From positions 1-62,267 of the forward strand of contig KZ538557.1 in assembly GCA_000934665.2 (NCBI GenBank): DNA of 62,267 nucleotides, given 5' to 3'. The position numbers and the translations under genes are program-made. The DNA is from Catajapyx aquilonaris. Lineage: Eukaryota. Every line of letters begins with the position of its first letter. Position 1 is the stretch's first letter. Under the pieces are notes generated by a model. That model saw nothing but the letters and a program-made list of their open reading frames with translations. It had not been told where the DNA came from and ran no database searches. Positions 49,001 through 61,899 of the stretch are shown here, in pieces.

Positions 49001-51029
49001 ATATTTTCGATGGCCCCGAAGTGGGCCATTTTACACGTCACTGCTACGTCAATCGTAAAGCGCTTCTATTAATAGCCATTATAAAACGACACTTGAAGTT
49101 GGTCCACCCTGTATTGTCATTCACTGCTTACAAATACTTGCCATATAAGCATGAATGGAATGTGGCAGGAATCCAAATTTTTATGTGTGTCACATCTAGA
49201 TATTTGTGAGACACCAGGTGTTCCATTATATACTTTTATAGCAAATGTTAATCTGTAGGCTAACACAAAATGCAGGATATCTAAGTGGAAACACCACTAT
49301 CTTAGCGAACTAATGCCCTATAAAATTCAAGGCCACATTTGGGAATCAGTGCTAAAATCTTGGGGAATTTCATGTGCATGCCCAGGATTGTTTCACTGAT
49401 TATATTATATGCAGAATTATACATGTAGGTATTGTGTTCAGAAATTGTGGAGTAATTCAAATATGGATGTAATAAAAATATTTTGAAGACAATTTATGCA
49501 ATTCATGAGTAAAAATTGGGTTAAACACTCGCCCCCTTGCTATTGGCACACCTAAATAAGCAATGCGTTGATGTCATGTAAGTGACAGGATATTTCTGTG
49601 TAGGATTCTTCAAGTGCTCTGTTCATTTATACAGGGTTCGGAAATTTAATCTGTCTTCGCTTTGGATGGTAGAGGGCAAAGAGCTTATACTAGGAAGAGT
49701 GGAAAAAACAGCTGGTAGCATAGCAACCGTGTCGCCAATCGACTGACCTGCCACCTGGCGAGTCGACAGCGAAACTCGATACTGTATTGTACAATACGGT
49801 AGATCGAGGCAGTGCCGGAAATATGGCAATAAAAGCCGCAGAGGTTGGAAATAAGCTATAAGCACTCGTATACTCTCGTTGGTGTAAAAATTGACGACAA
49901 AACACGATGTAGAACACCTGTGAATAAAATACCATCACGAAAAGCAAATTGTTTGCCAGAAGTTTATTGCCACTACAATAATCCCACACTCTGCGCTATA
50001 CAATACACACCACGGTAGGCTACTGTACACACTGGTCATGATGCTGAACGTGGTCATGACAGGAAGATGTACCCCCCGCTGCTATGTCCATCTTGTGGCG
50101 GGACGGGCTTGCTGTTCTTCTACCGTGAACTCGAGAGCCGTGGAGGGTCCTTTGGTAATGAAAAGAATGCGATCCGAGACCCCGTGCGCGAACAGCAGTA
50201 ATAGCACTCGGCACCCAACCCCCGACCGTCTACGCCCCACTATGCCGGCCTTGGAACTTGTTCTATTTCAAAATTCGAATGTGATTTCTAAGCAACGAGG
50301 TGATTATTTGGATTGTTAGGTGCAGGTTGGCAAGCTGCGTCGAATATCAGTTTCGGGTCCAAAATTAGTGCCTTAACTGCATACGACCTCATATTGGTCA
50401 GTTTTTAGATTTATAACTCTTAATTATGTGCCTCTTGATATTAAATCAACACAGTTTATTGAAATTCCTCTCGACAGCACTCGACGGTGCCGCCTAGTGG
50501 CGCTGCGTAGTGAGCCAACAGCAAAACACGTTGGCCAAACAACTGGCCAAAAAGTGGCGACGCTTGGAAACCCTTTTTTGCACTCTTCCTAGTATAAGCT
50601 CTTTGGTAGAGGGGTTCTAGGCGATCATTTTAAGTATAGGTATCGTGTGTCTCCGAAGCATAGTTACCGAGATAATGTGCTTCAAACACAAAGTATACAA
50701 TTTTCTGGCAGGTATGTGTCCCTCCATCCAACCTTACCTTTTTCATTTATATTTAAGACCGAAGCAGCTTGGAGGAGGGGATATGGTGTCCGACTGCTAA
50801 TCGGGAGGTCCTGGGATCAAATCTCAGGGCTGGCAACTCTGACAGTGGTTTTCTGTGGTTTCCCACGGTCCTTCCAGGGAAATTCCGGAGTTGCTTCCGT
50901 AATTAATAGGCCACAGCTGCTTCCTTCCATCCCTATCCTATCCCAAAGGGCACAGTAAAATGAAAGCAAAGAGTTCCAGGCAAAACAAACTTCCCCCCTA
51001 AAGAGCCGATGGCTGATAACGGGGTATGA

Positions 51030-51098
<69 letters not shown>

Positions 51099-54000
51099 TA
51101 AGGTGTCATCATGCAATTTAAATTTAAAACGCAATCCCATTACGCGTAGCAGACAGTGGCCTAGGCGATGACAGTGTGGTAGCGATGAGGCTGTATCCGA
51201 AACATAGAAGCTGGTATAATGCACTTTTTATTTAATGCCAATTATTTTGGTAACTAACTTTGGAGAGCCATGATATCTATACTTAAAATGATCATCTAGA
51301 ACCATTCTGCTATCCCCCAAAGCGAAGGTAGAATAAATTAACGAACCCTGTAGAGTGAAACCGCAGAGTCACTCTGTTCTACAAAAATTTTCTGCTTTGA
51401 ACAGATATTTGTTATGTACTGCAGAAGTGCATTGAAAATCCTGCTCCAGACCCAAACAAAAGTTCTGCTTGTTCGCTGTATATGACTGAATTCCCTTATC
51501 CCAGTTGAATGAAAATATTCTTTTGGATTTGATAGATCTGCAAGTGACAATTTTTGCACTTGAAATAGACTTGGACAACTTTTTTAATTAAATTATAATA
51601 TTATTTTGACGTGTCAAATTGTCATTATTAGTTTTGTGACATTGAAAGGTCAATTAACTAGGTGATGTATCACTTACAGGTGGTGAAGCAGCTGAAGCCC
51701 TGGAGAAGTTCTGCAGGTACTTACAGTATGATCCATATCTTAAAGAATTGAGTTACCTGCACAAGTGCAATGATTTGAAATGAGTTTTTTCCAGCCCTTC
51801 CACCTTTGAGGTCACTGCAGAGTTTATCATCATGCAGAGTGTGGAGAGTGTGAGTTGAAAAAGTAATATTAGTTGAAGCAAAGCATTGTAATCATGGTAT
51901 TTTATTCTTGCAGTCAAGAAACACATGGAAATATCAGCCCTCTGTTTACTAGCCAATCAAGTATTACCACCTCTGCTGCCTTGTGTGAGTTGGAGGGGTG
52001 CATGACCCTGCATGTGTTTAGTTTGAGAGCCATGCATCATGTTAATGCCATTCACGTTTTATTTCAGGGGATGAAGTGAAAGTGGTGATGGTGCCTCCCT
52101 TTGCTGACTCGGTTTCCGAAGGAGATGTCAGGTGGGAAAAGGGTAAGGAAGATTGTTATTAATTTTTCTTTATTGTTGAAATATGTGAAAGGCTTAAGGC
52201 CATTTCACAAAAAAAAATGTCGCGCGGCAAACGGCGCGACTTGCGGCAAATTTTTATTTATATTTATTGTTGCCAATTGTTGGCAACAATAAAATTTGCC
52301 GCAAGTCGCGCCGTTTGCCGCGCGACATTTTTTTTGTGAAATGGCCTTTACTGAGATTCATTTTTGCAGCTGTTGGTGATACTGTGAATGAGGACGAAAT
52401 TGTGTGTGAGATCGAAACTGACAAGGTGAGTGTAGGAGTGGACCTTGAACAATTCTAAAAACCTGCTCATAATATACTATTTTCAGACATCTGTACCGGT
52501 TCCATCACCAGGAGCTGGGGTAATTGAAGAACGGTTAGTTGAAGATGGAGCCACTGTTCAGAGTGGTGCCCAGCTGTTCAAGATCCGCATTACAGGTAAA
52601 TTGTTTAGGCTTTGCATTGATATAATAGTGCAGAGTTTTCCCTTTACATGAAGCTGCTTTATGTAAAGGAAAAACTGAGCCAGAAGGCGATACTTGTGCT
52701 TCTCCATTAATTTCCACCACTGTACTTCAAACATGTCAAGAACCTTCTCTCATCTGTGAGGAAGATCTGGTCATAATATAGTCTTACACGACTCCACCAA
52801 TGTGGCAGAAAAAACTTTCCCAAACCTGGCCTCTGTAACTAAGAAACTGCTTGGACTTGTTTACGTGACATTTCATCACCATCAGGAGCAACCCACTTTT
52901 TCCCACCCCAAGAGATTGCATTTGCAGCTCACCCACAATGATCAATTTGATACCAGTTTCATGCAACAAGGTACTTGAAAAAATTAAAGTGTCCTGAGGC
53001 ACATCACATATTTTATTTTTAAATTCATTAGGAGATACTCATCAGTCCTACGTAAGTGTTGCAAAAATACTGCATGCATAATTATGCAAACTATGAAAAA
53101 GTATTTTTATGGCAATTCTTGCTCCATAAAGTACTAGTATGAATATGTTCAAAGTTATGATTTTGAATTTTTGTGTGGTTCTCCAATGCTTTGGGATGTA
53201 ACATTCCGTGTATATTCGACTTTAGCAAGATCCCAAACCAAATGTGCAGATATTGTTGCAGAATCTACACAAATTTCATTCTGGCTGATGATGGTTAACA
53301 CCTGTTCAAGTCAATATTCCATATCAGCATGCATGTCAAGATACAGCTTCAAATTTTTTAAATTCTATTGAACATGAACTGGTATCTTGACTGGTGTACA
53401 CTTATTACATTTTTGGATGGTTATAGGTGTGGTAGTTGAGAGGGGCAGCATTTCTCCAGGTTGCCACATTAACAACTTGCATGCTGGTATCATATGAATG
53501 ACATCTGTGCATGTACTATCATCACAGAAATGGTCGGTACACTTGTCAATGGCCAGCCTACCCCAAAGTGTCTGGACCATTTCCGTGCTGCTAATATAGT
53601 GTTTAAGAAAGTTTTATAGCCCTGGCCTGAACCTCATTTATGTGTGACTTCAGACCTCTGGATAGGCAGGCCTCGTATACCTCCCCGGAAGCTCTGACAT
53701 CATCATACCCATGATCATTGCAGAGAAGACTTTAGATTTTATCTTCATCTCAATTTTCAAAGCACTGATTAACCCCTTCTCCCCCAGAATCTAGGTGATG
53801 ATATTCGCTTCAGTTTAACTTGCACATACTCTGAAGATAAGGACAAGATATTTTACAAATAATAACAGCTATACAAGTTTACAGATTCATGCTCTACAGT
53901 CTACACTATGCATGTGTTTGGAACAATTTTCCATGTCAAGAAGTCGCAATATCAATTTCCACAAAAAAAATTCCATAAAAACTCGAGTAAATTACTACCG

Positions 54001-54546
54001 GCCAACTGTAGTTAGGCTGATTTAATTATTAAATATGTTCAAATATTCGTAATAACAACCTTGAGAACTGTGCTAGACGAATTTGTTGAATTCGTCGTCC
54101 TTCGCGAGAATTAAATTAATAATTACTGCGGCTTGCCTCTCACCTCGGAAAACTCCAAAATTGATTTAATTCTTGCAAAGTACGACAATCTCAGCAGATC
54201 TAGCACTGTTCTCAAGGTTGTTATTCCGTATATTTTAACATATTGAAAATAAAATTAGTGTCACAATTGGCCAGTAGTAATTTGATTTTGAGTTTTTACG
54301 GCGATTGTTTGGGAAATTAATTTTGTAACTTCTAGACATGGAAAATTGTTCCAAACACATTCATAGTGTAAAGCAGTGGTTCCCAATCTGTGGGTCATGG
54401 AGCCTTTTCCGGGGGGTTGTGTGGTGGGCGTGGTTTATTTTTACTTGCAATCAATTTTATAGGAAATTTCACCACGAAGGTTTTTTAAAAACACTTACTT
54501 GTACATATTTTAATATGTCTACACTCCCACAAGCAGAAGTGATAGG

Positions 54547-54620
<74 letters not shown>

Positions 54621-57600
54621 ATCAAAGCTCTCACAATCATAAAATCTAGCTCATGGCTGAGGCTAGGGTTGTTTGTTTGGATAGGTGTAATGGCATAGGT
54701 TAATTATTAATGGGTAGAATATTCACTGGTTTGTGAGGAATGGCAGTGTCCATTGAATTCTTCCGAATGGCTAGAATGTTTGCAGGTTGGTGTGAGGAGT
54801 CGGCGTCTGGAAGTTTATACTTGGGCTCTGGGTGCTGTGCAGAAATACAAGGTTGGCAGATATCTCGGGCACAGTAATGCATAGGTTGACACCGGTAGTC
54901 ATTCTTGCAAGGGTGTCTGCCTCTCTCTCTGTCCTGCACAGCACTTGGAGTTCGAGTGTGGATTTCCATATGCTGGTTCTTCTCCCTGGTTCTGAATATC
55001 TGGTCTGTTTTGCTAGCAAATGAACCATAAGCGTAAAATTTCAAGTCAAATGAGATTTTGACAAAAATCCGCATCGAACAGTCGCTCCCTCTAGTGGTGA
55101 GTAGGGAAGCTCCGAAGACAAATTAAGATGGCAGCCCCCATAGCGATGAAACCACGCGCAAGCCAGGTTTTTGTGTTTACGACCTGAGCGGAACCCGCCC
55201 CAGGTGCCAAGGGTTATGGGAGGGTGAGTGGGAGAGAGGAGCACAAGAAATCAGACCATACGGCCAAGTGATGCTTGGAATGATGCCCATCGCGGGATAC
55301 ATCCATACCAGTTCGAGACTTACCAAGACTGGTAGTGTCGCGAAGTATAATTCAGAGGGAGACAAGGAATACGCATTGCCCACATCTGGGCCGCATGTGA
55401 CGGCGTCGGAGGCAGGGCCAAGTGATCCATCCACTTTCTAGTTCAAAAATGGACTTCATGGCTAAGCTAATTTCATTGGGCAGCAGGCCCATGCAGGTTA
55501 CCGGGATCTCTGGGCGGCGCTAGCAACTCGATATTACAGTAGCGGATTGACCTGATGGAATTTGCTTATGCGGTGTCAGATTCAAAAACCGACCACGTTT
55601 TTGGAATCAGGAAGTCGTCCTTGATCTTTGAAGCCCAATATGCGAACTCACTGAACCCTTCCTTTATGAGAGTTGGTGTTTTTACAATTTATTTTTGCAA
55701 TCTTGGGAAGGTAGGTGTACACGTACTGATGTCTTATTTAATTTGCAATTTCCAGGAAAAGGTGCAGCCAAAGCAGCTGCTCCAGCAAAGGCCAAACCAG
55801 CTGAAGCAGCTGCCCCACCACCCCCACCTCCACCTCCACCTGCAGCAGGAGCTCCACCACCGCCACCGCCGCCGCCCCCACCTCCTCCTTCAGCTGCACC
55901 TCCCTCCTCCCCACCTCCTCCACCTCCTACTCCCCAGGCACCTGTATCATCAATGCCAGTGGCTGCCATCAGGCATGCCCAATCCATTGAAGCAACAACC
56001 GTTCGGGTTCCCCCTGCTGACCCTACTAAAGAGATCACAGGAACACGTACAGAGCAGAGGGTGAAGATGAATCGAATGAGGCAGAGGATTGCTCAGAGGC
56101 TCAAGGAGGCACAAAATGTGAATGCCATGCTGACCACCTTTAATGAGATTGACATGAGGTGAGAATAATTGTCTTATTTTGGAATTTTACAAGTATGATG
56201 TTGAAAACTTGACACCCCTATGAACCAGTCTTGCCCTTGGATGCTCTACACTGCATGTTTCATAATTGAGCCTGTATCAATGTTGCTGAAAATCTCTTTC
56301 CACTCTCTTCTGTTGTCTCACTTTCTTGTGTGGCAGTGAGTGACAAACATTGCCGGAATGCTAATTTAATGGCTTTTTCAACAGTATGATGATTCCAGTG
56401 CATTCACAGGAGCGAGTTTTACTGCAGTCTTTCTCCTGATACTGATGTGAGCTAAATTCTGAAATAAACAGTGCATCTAAATATGCTTATGAAGCTGAGG
56501 TTATCACAAGTGTTGTTTTATTAGTGGATGCTGCCATGAACTATTGATTTACGATACTTAAAATCTAATTTAAAAGTGCAAGTCAAGTTGATTTTTACAT
56601 ACCGTAAGCAATATCATTTAACCCTTTCGTCCCCAGTTATACCGCCATCGCCTAGATTTTCGTTTCTGTTAAACTTACATGTACTCTGAAGATAAAAAAT
56701 AAGATATTTTACCAATAATAACACCTATACCAGAGGTTCCCAAACTTTTTGAGTCGCGGAGCACTTTTCAGGAGAGATATTCATGATGGAGCACGAACAT
56801 CATCGACGGCGTAAGCAGAAAAAAATTCTGGGGCAGTGGGGGTGGGGGGTGGGGGCAGTGCCAAATTAGTATATGGGAAGGTGAGGGGCGAAAGGGTGCC
56901 GCAGGCGAAAAATTTTTGGGTTCAAGGTCACACAAGCTATTGAGAGATTTGAATGGGTATAGCTTATTGAAGAATTCCTTTTTTTCCCAACCTCTTCGCA
57001 CAGCACTTGGAGAAGCTTCGCGGAGCACAGTTTGGGAAACTCTGACCTATACTTACACGTTCATGCGCTATGCTATGTATGTGTTTGGAACAATTTTCCT
57101 TGTCTAGAAGTCCCTAAATTAATTTCCAAAAAGATCGCTGTAAATTCCATCGCCTAGATTTTCGCTTGCACTTACTCTGAAGATAAGGACAAGATATTCC
57201 ACAAATAATAACAGATACACTCACACATTCATGAAAAACACAATGTATGTGTTTGGAACACATTTCACTCGTCTAGAAGTCCCTAAACAATTTTCAAAAG
57301 TAAAAGCGTGAAATTCAAGCACTACTGGCCAAGCCTTAGGCCATCGCCTAGATTTTCACTTACACTTACTCTGAAGATAAGGAGAAGATATTTTACAAAA
57401 TAATAATAGCTATACTTACACGTTCATTGAAAATACATGGTGATTCTCTCGAATGGAAACCCAAACATTCCTCAATAACTTTTTAACTATGGTATGGTTC
57501 CCGGTGAAAATTGACATGTACTTACCTTGTATCATGCCAAACAAGGTCTGACTAAAGAATATACCAAAAGTGGTAACCTCCAGCATCCAGGAATTTTTTA

Positions 57601-60600
57601 ATGCGAGTCTGCATCCGTTGCCTTGAGATTCCCCCTTGGCAAGCGGGCGGGCGGGCTGTAGATTGAGCCATCCCCGCCGCCAGTCGGCAGGAGTCTTCGG
57701 TAAAGATGTAGACTCACATTAAAAAATTCCTGGATGCTGGAGGGGACCACTTTTGGTATATTCTTTAGTCAGACCTTGTTTGGCATGATACAAGGTAAGT
57801 ACATGTCAATTTTCACCGGGAACCATACCATAGTTAAAAAGTTATTGAGGAATGTTTGGGTTTCCATTCGAGAGAATCACCCTGTACTATGAATGTGTTT
57901 GGAACAATTTCCCTCCTCTAGAAGCTCTTAAATTAGGCTGGGTTCACACTAGGCGTTTTTGTCGCGCGACAAAAACGCCGCGACAAGTCGCTCAAAACAG
58001 AACACATGTAAACTTATGGTGCGTGACACACCACGACTTCTTTCCTGCTTGGTCGTCGCAAAACGCAGCATGCTGCGTTTTTTCTGTCGCTACAAAAACG
58101 CCGTGACAAAGTCGCTGAAAACTGAACACATGGTAATCAGTTGGGGCAGACACACCTGGCGACAAAGTCGCGTGAAAAGTGTTTAATTTTGACTATTGTG
58201 GAACGGTAGTTGCTAAGGGTCAGGTTGGCAACGCTGCTCGGGTTGCATCAGTAGGGGAAGCAAAACGCGCGACAAAAACGCCTAGTGTGAACCTCGTGAG
58301 GCGTCAGCGACGAAAACGCGGCAACAAAGTCGCAGGCGACAAAAACGCCTAGTGTGAACCCAGCCTTAATGTCCAAAAAGATCGCTGTAAAAAATCCCAA
58401 AATTGAGAACTGCCGGCCAACTGTTAGGCTGATTTAATTATTAAATACGTTAAAATATACGGAATAACAACCTTGAGGATAGTGCCACACGAATTCGCTG
58501 AAATCGTCATATACGTCCAGAGAAATAAATTAATTTGGGAGATTTCCGAAGTTACAGGAAAGCCGCAGGTAAGAAATAATTTATTTCTCGCCAAGCATGA
58601 CGATTTCAGCAAATTCGTGTGTCATTATTATCCAGGTTGTTATTTCGTATATTTTAAAGTATTTCATAATTATTAAATCAGCCAAGTAGTTGGCCGGAAG
58701 TACTCAAATTTCGAATTTTACAGCGATATTTTTGGCAATTGATTCAGGAACTTCTAGATGAGGAAAATGGTTCCAAATGCATTCATAGTATTTTTCATGG
58801 ACGTGTAAGTATCGCTGTTATTTTGTGTAAAATATCTTGTCCGTACCTTCAGAGTACTCGTAAGTGAAAAACTAGGTGATGGCGGGTATAACTGGGTGCA
58901 AAGGGGTTAAAGGATACTTCGTAAGCAAGCCATTATTGTGGCCCAGGAGTACATCCATGGGAAACAATAGACTGACATGGGGAGGTGTAGATGGCCGAGA
59001 TGGTAACGTCTCGGCTTGCTGAGTGAAAGGCCCCAGGTTCGATCCCCGCCTGGGGAACTTTCCTTTCACCTGCGTCAGGAGGGTCTCTGACCTGCACCAA
59101 GGAGGTGTCTGGCAACCTAACCTCCTGGGGAACAGCACGTGACCCCTTTACTAACATTGCCCTTGCACCAGTGTTCCCTCCCCAAAAATCCCTATCCCTA
59201 CCCTACATCCTTGACTCCTTGCACCGGTGAATGAAGGTAATATATGAAAATGGAGTGAAATGGTGGTATTCCACCCACCTAAAAAGGCTCAGCCTTATTA
59301 CGGGGTAACGTATATATTTTTTAAAAAAAAGCCCTGACATACTGCTTTCTGCTTGCTTTTATTTAAAAATTTCTTAATTTTGTTTAAACCTGAGAGCTAC
59401 AGTACCATTGTAGTATAGGTGACATGACCTTAACCTGTTTGATTAGTGCATGTACTTTTTTGACACTATTTAAGGCTTGCTAGTAAATTTACTGGAAGCA
59501 GAAAAGTGGCAGAAACTACTTGTTTGAGATATCAAGTCTTCCTGCAACTCACCTGCATTATTCCCAAATAGATGAGTGCAAGAGCAACATTTTATGTTAT
59601 ATGAATCATAATTATTAACACTAATCATGATTATAGATAGGACATGGGACCAGTTTAACTGATAGTAATTGAATGTTTACTTGTCAGTTATCTTCACATG
59701 CATTGTTGCCTCCTTCCAAGATATGTGCAGTCAGTGGGGAATAGTAGATTAAGTGAAGCTGGCAACAGGGCAAGTGATTCATGTTTTATGTCCTCAAAAG
59801 CATGGCCTTGCTCTGTTTGGGAGGTCATTTCATGCCACTGGACTGGTCCTTTTTGCATTCTGACAAAAGCCTTGCACAATTTTCTATGTGGAGAGAAGAG
59901 TTGGGACCAACCCCCGAACACTACCCCTATAATCTTATCTTATTGCCTGCCAGGGCGTTCTGCATGAGGTGCTCACTTGAGAGCGCCATGAGACTGCCTT
60001 TCACTGCTACATTATGTGGAAACCCTACCGGACCGCGCTGAACTTTATAGGTACACAAGGGAAGCACTACATTGGGGGACCCAACATGGTCGCCGGCGGC
60101 CATGTTGGGCCCGCATGTAGCGGCTTCCCTTCTACCTAAGTTCAGCGCGGTCCTGTAGGGTCGCCACAAAATGTAGCAATGAAAGGCGGTCTCATTGCGT
60201 TCTCAAGTGAGCACCTCATGCAAAATGCCCCGGCAGGCGATAAGAGATAGTGACCAGACCTTAGTATTATAAGACCATGGTTGGGACAGTCATGCATGAA
60301 TTTTTTCGAACTGAAATTTCCACCTCAATTTTATTGAAGTCTCAAAATTTTATTGTGGTATGATTTACTATCTTTCTGGGAATTATGAAAACATACAAGT
60401 GCACAGATGTAGCAAGGTTGCCCAGATCTTTCTCCTTATAATGCCATTATTGAGAAGGGCCATTTGACCTTCAAGTAGGGCATATGAAGTTTTGCCTGTG
60501 TATTACAATAGCACATTCGAGAGAGTTAATTCATGTTGCACAGGAGCCCAGGCAGGAATATTATCAGTGTTGGTCCCAGGTTGGCAGAGTCATGAGTGGC

Positions 60601-60858
60601 TGTGTATTATGAAGTTGAAGTTATGTACTGCTTTTGGCTAATATTAATTTTTCTTTCAGCAATGTGATGGAACTACGCAAGAGCCATCAGGATGCTTTTG
60701 TGAAGAAATATAACATTAAGTTTGGATTCATGTCTGCTTTCCTGAAGGCATCTGCCTATGCTCTTCAAGATCAACCTGTGGTTAATGCTGTTATTGATGG
60801 CGGGGATATCGTCTACAGGGATTATGTCGACATCTCTGTGGCTGTGGCTACTCCCAAG
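46009..60858 (+). CDS. DLST: Dihydrolipoyllysine succinyltransferase (2-oxoglutarate dehydrogenase E2), partial; exons 46009-46101, 48290-48305, 51680-51716, 51914-51984, 52068-52142, 52370-52425, 52487-52595, 55756-56158, 60660-60858; continues past the window
   Basis: [19 protein letters not shown], lipoyl site [58 protein letters not shown]. All phases are consistent; the small exons 2-4 are less certain. Confidence 0.92.
47835..48228 (+). mobile_element. Helentron/DINE-1-like non-autonomous element
   Basis: Subterminal inverted TAGACTTTT / AAAAGTCTA, a 5' stem-loop, and a (GTCT/ATCC)n microsatellite. Confidence 0.55.
48725..49111. mobile_element. Tc1/mariner MITE family B (copy 2)
   Basis: TA|CAGGGTGGACCAACTTC...GGTCCACCCTG|TA; inverted relative to 29855-30259. 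Confidence 0.85.
49677..50605. mobile_element. P-element-like non-autonomous element
   Basis: 25-bp TIR CAAAGAGCTTATACTAGGAAGAGTG; CA...TG ends; 8-bp TSD GTAGAGGG. Confidence 0.75.
50758..51098 (+). mobile_element. SINE family C (copy 2) with an expanded (ATT)n tail
   Basis: Similar to 40903-41197. Confidence 0.8.
52197..52347. mobile_element. PIF/Harbinger palindromic MITE
   Basis: TTA|AGGCCATTTCACAAAA...GTGAAATGGCCT|TTA. Confidence 0.8.
53773..54373. mobile_element. piggyBac-like element fragment (same family as 56622-58905)
   Basis: TTAA|CCCCTT start; shares the CTCTGAAGATAAGGACAAGATATTTTAC subunit. Confidence 0.6.
54547..54617. repeat. (AAT)n microsatellite
   Basis: Direct reading. 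Confidence 0.95.
56731..57044. mobile_element. hAT MITE
   Basis: CAGAGGTTCCCAAACT...AGTTTGGGAAACTCTG; 8-bp TSD ACCTATAC. Confidence 0.85.
57436..57884. mobile_element. Tc1/mariner palindromic MITE
   Basis: ~170-bp near-perfect arms; CAGGGTG-type end; TA TSD. Confidence 0.85.
57936..58365. mobile_element. PIF/Harbinger MITE
   Basis: TTA|GGCTGGGTTCACACTAGGCG...CGCCTAGTGTGAACCCAGCC|TTA. Confidence 0.85.
58979..59320 (+). mobile_element. tRNA-derived SINE family D (copy 1)
   Basis: GATGGCCGAGATGG A-box, GGTTCGATCCC B-box; inverted copy at ~61545-61899. Confidence 0.8.
59939..60244. mobile_element. Palindromic MITE
   Basis: ~80-bp imperfect arms CTTATTGCCTGCCAGGGC...GCTACATT / AATGTAGC...GCCCCGGCAGGCGATAAG. 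Confidence 0.65.
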
Positions 60859-61182
60859 GTAAGGTATATTGTATTGGATATTTTAGCTTGTTAGATACAT
60901 TCAGTAGGGAGGTTTTGTGTAATATGGAGAAGAATGAAATGAATCTTATGCCCAGATCTTTCTTCTGGATGGGAAGGTTTCCATCAACAAGTTTGAAGTG
61001 ACATAGATACTTTGCTTCTGCCCGTAAATACATGGCATTTTTTTCTTCCCAAGGTTGGCACTTTTGGTCAAAATGAGCTAGTTGCCATATGGTTAACATA
61101 AATAGTGTGAAAACTGCACAAGTACATAGTACTTTAAAAATTGAGATGCACATGGTGGAAATGTCAAAGATTGCTCAATTAT

Positions 61183-61185
<3 letters not shown>

Positions 61186-61249
<64 letters not shown>

Positions 61250-61525
61250 TCATACCCCGTTATCAGTCGGCAGCTCTTTAGGGGGGAGTTTTTTGTTTTG
61301 ACTGGAACTCTTACTTTGCATTTTTACTTCGCTTTTGGGGATAGGATAGGGATGGAAGGAAGCGGCTGTGGCCTATTATTTTAGGAAACAACCCCGGCAT
61401 TTACCTGGAGGGACCGTGGGAAACCACAGAAAACCACGGTTAGGGTTGCCGGCCCCGGGGATCGAACCCAGGACCTCCCGATTAGCAGTCGGATACCTTA
61501 TCCCCTCCGCCACCACTACTTCGGT
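61186..61525 (-). mobile_element. SINE family C (copy 3)
   Basis: Reverse complement of 40903-41197; TSD GATTGCTCAATTATTTA. Confidence 0.8.
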
Positions 61526-61544
61526 GATTGCTCAATTATTTATT

Positions 61545-61899
61545 GATTTATTTTATTTATTTTATTTAAGTTACCCCATGGTAAGGCAGAGCCCTTTTAG
61601 GGGGATGGCACACCACCATAAGTTTTCCAGTAACTTTGTACTATTTTTTCTTCGCTCACCGATGCAAGGAGACGGACATGGGTAAGGTTAGGGATTTTTG
61701 AGGAGGGAACATGGGGTGCAAGTGCAAGGTCTGTAAAGGGGTCAGGTGCTGTTCCCCAGGAGGTTAGGTCGCCAGACACCTCCAAAGTGCAGGTCAGAGA
61801 CCCTCCTGACGCAGGTGAAAGGAAACTCCCCAGGCGGGGATCGAACCTGGGGCTCAGCAAGCCAAGACGTTACCATCTCGGCCATCTACACCTCCCCCA
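61545..61899 (-). mobile_element. SINE family D (copy 2)
   Basis: Reverse complement of the 58979 head; TSD GATTGCTCAATTATT. Confidence 0.8.

Larger units (their letters stand above)
56622..58905. mobile_element. piggyBac-like non-autonomous element containing three nested MITEs
   Basis: TTAA|CCCTTTCG...CAAAGGGG|TTAA; internal ~185-bp subunits. Confidence 0.8.

Noticed and set aside
54700..55074. 124-aa minus-strand ORF in a DLST intron
   Set aside because: No recognisable domain or supported exon structure.
55555..56064. Gln/His-rich ORF and antisense Gly-rich ORF
   Set aside because: Alternative frames of the proline-rich DLST exon.
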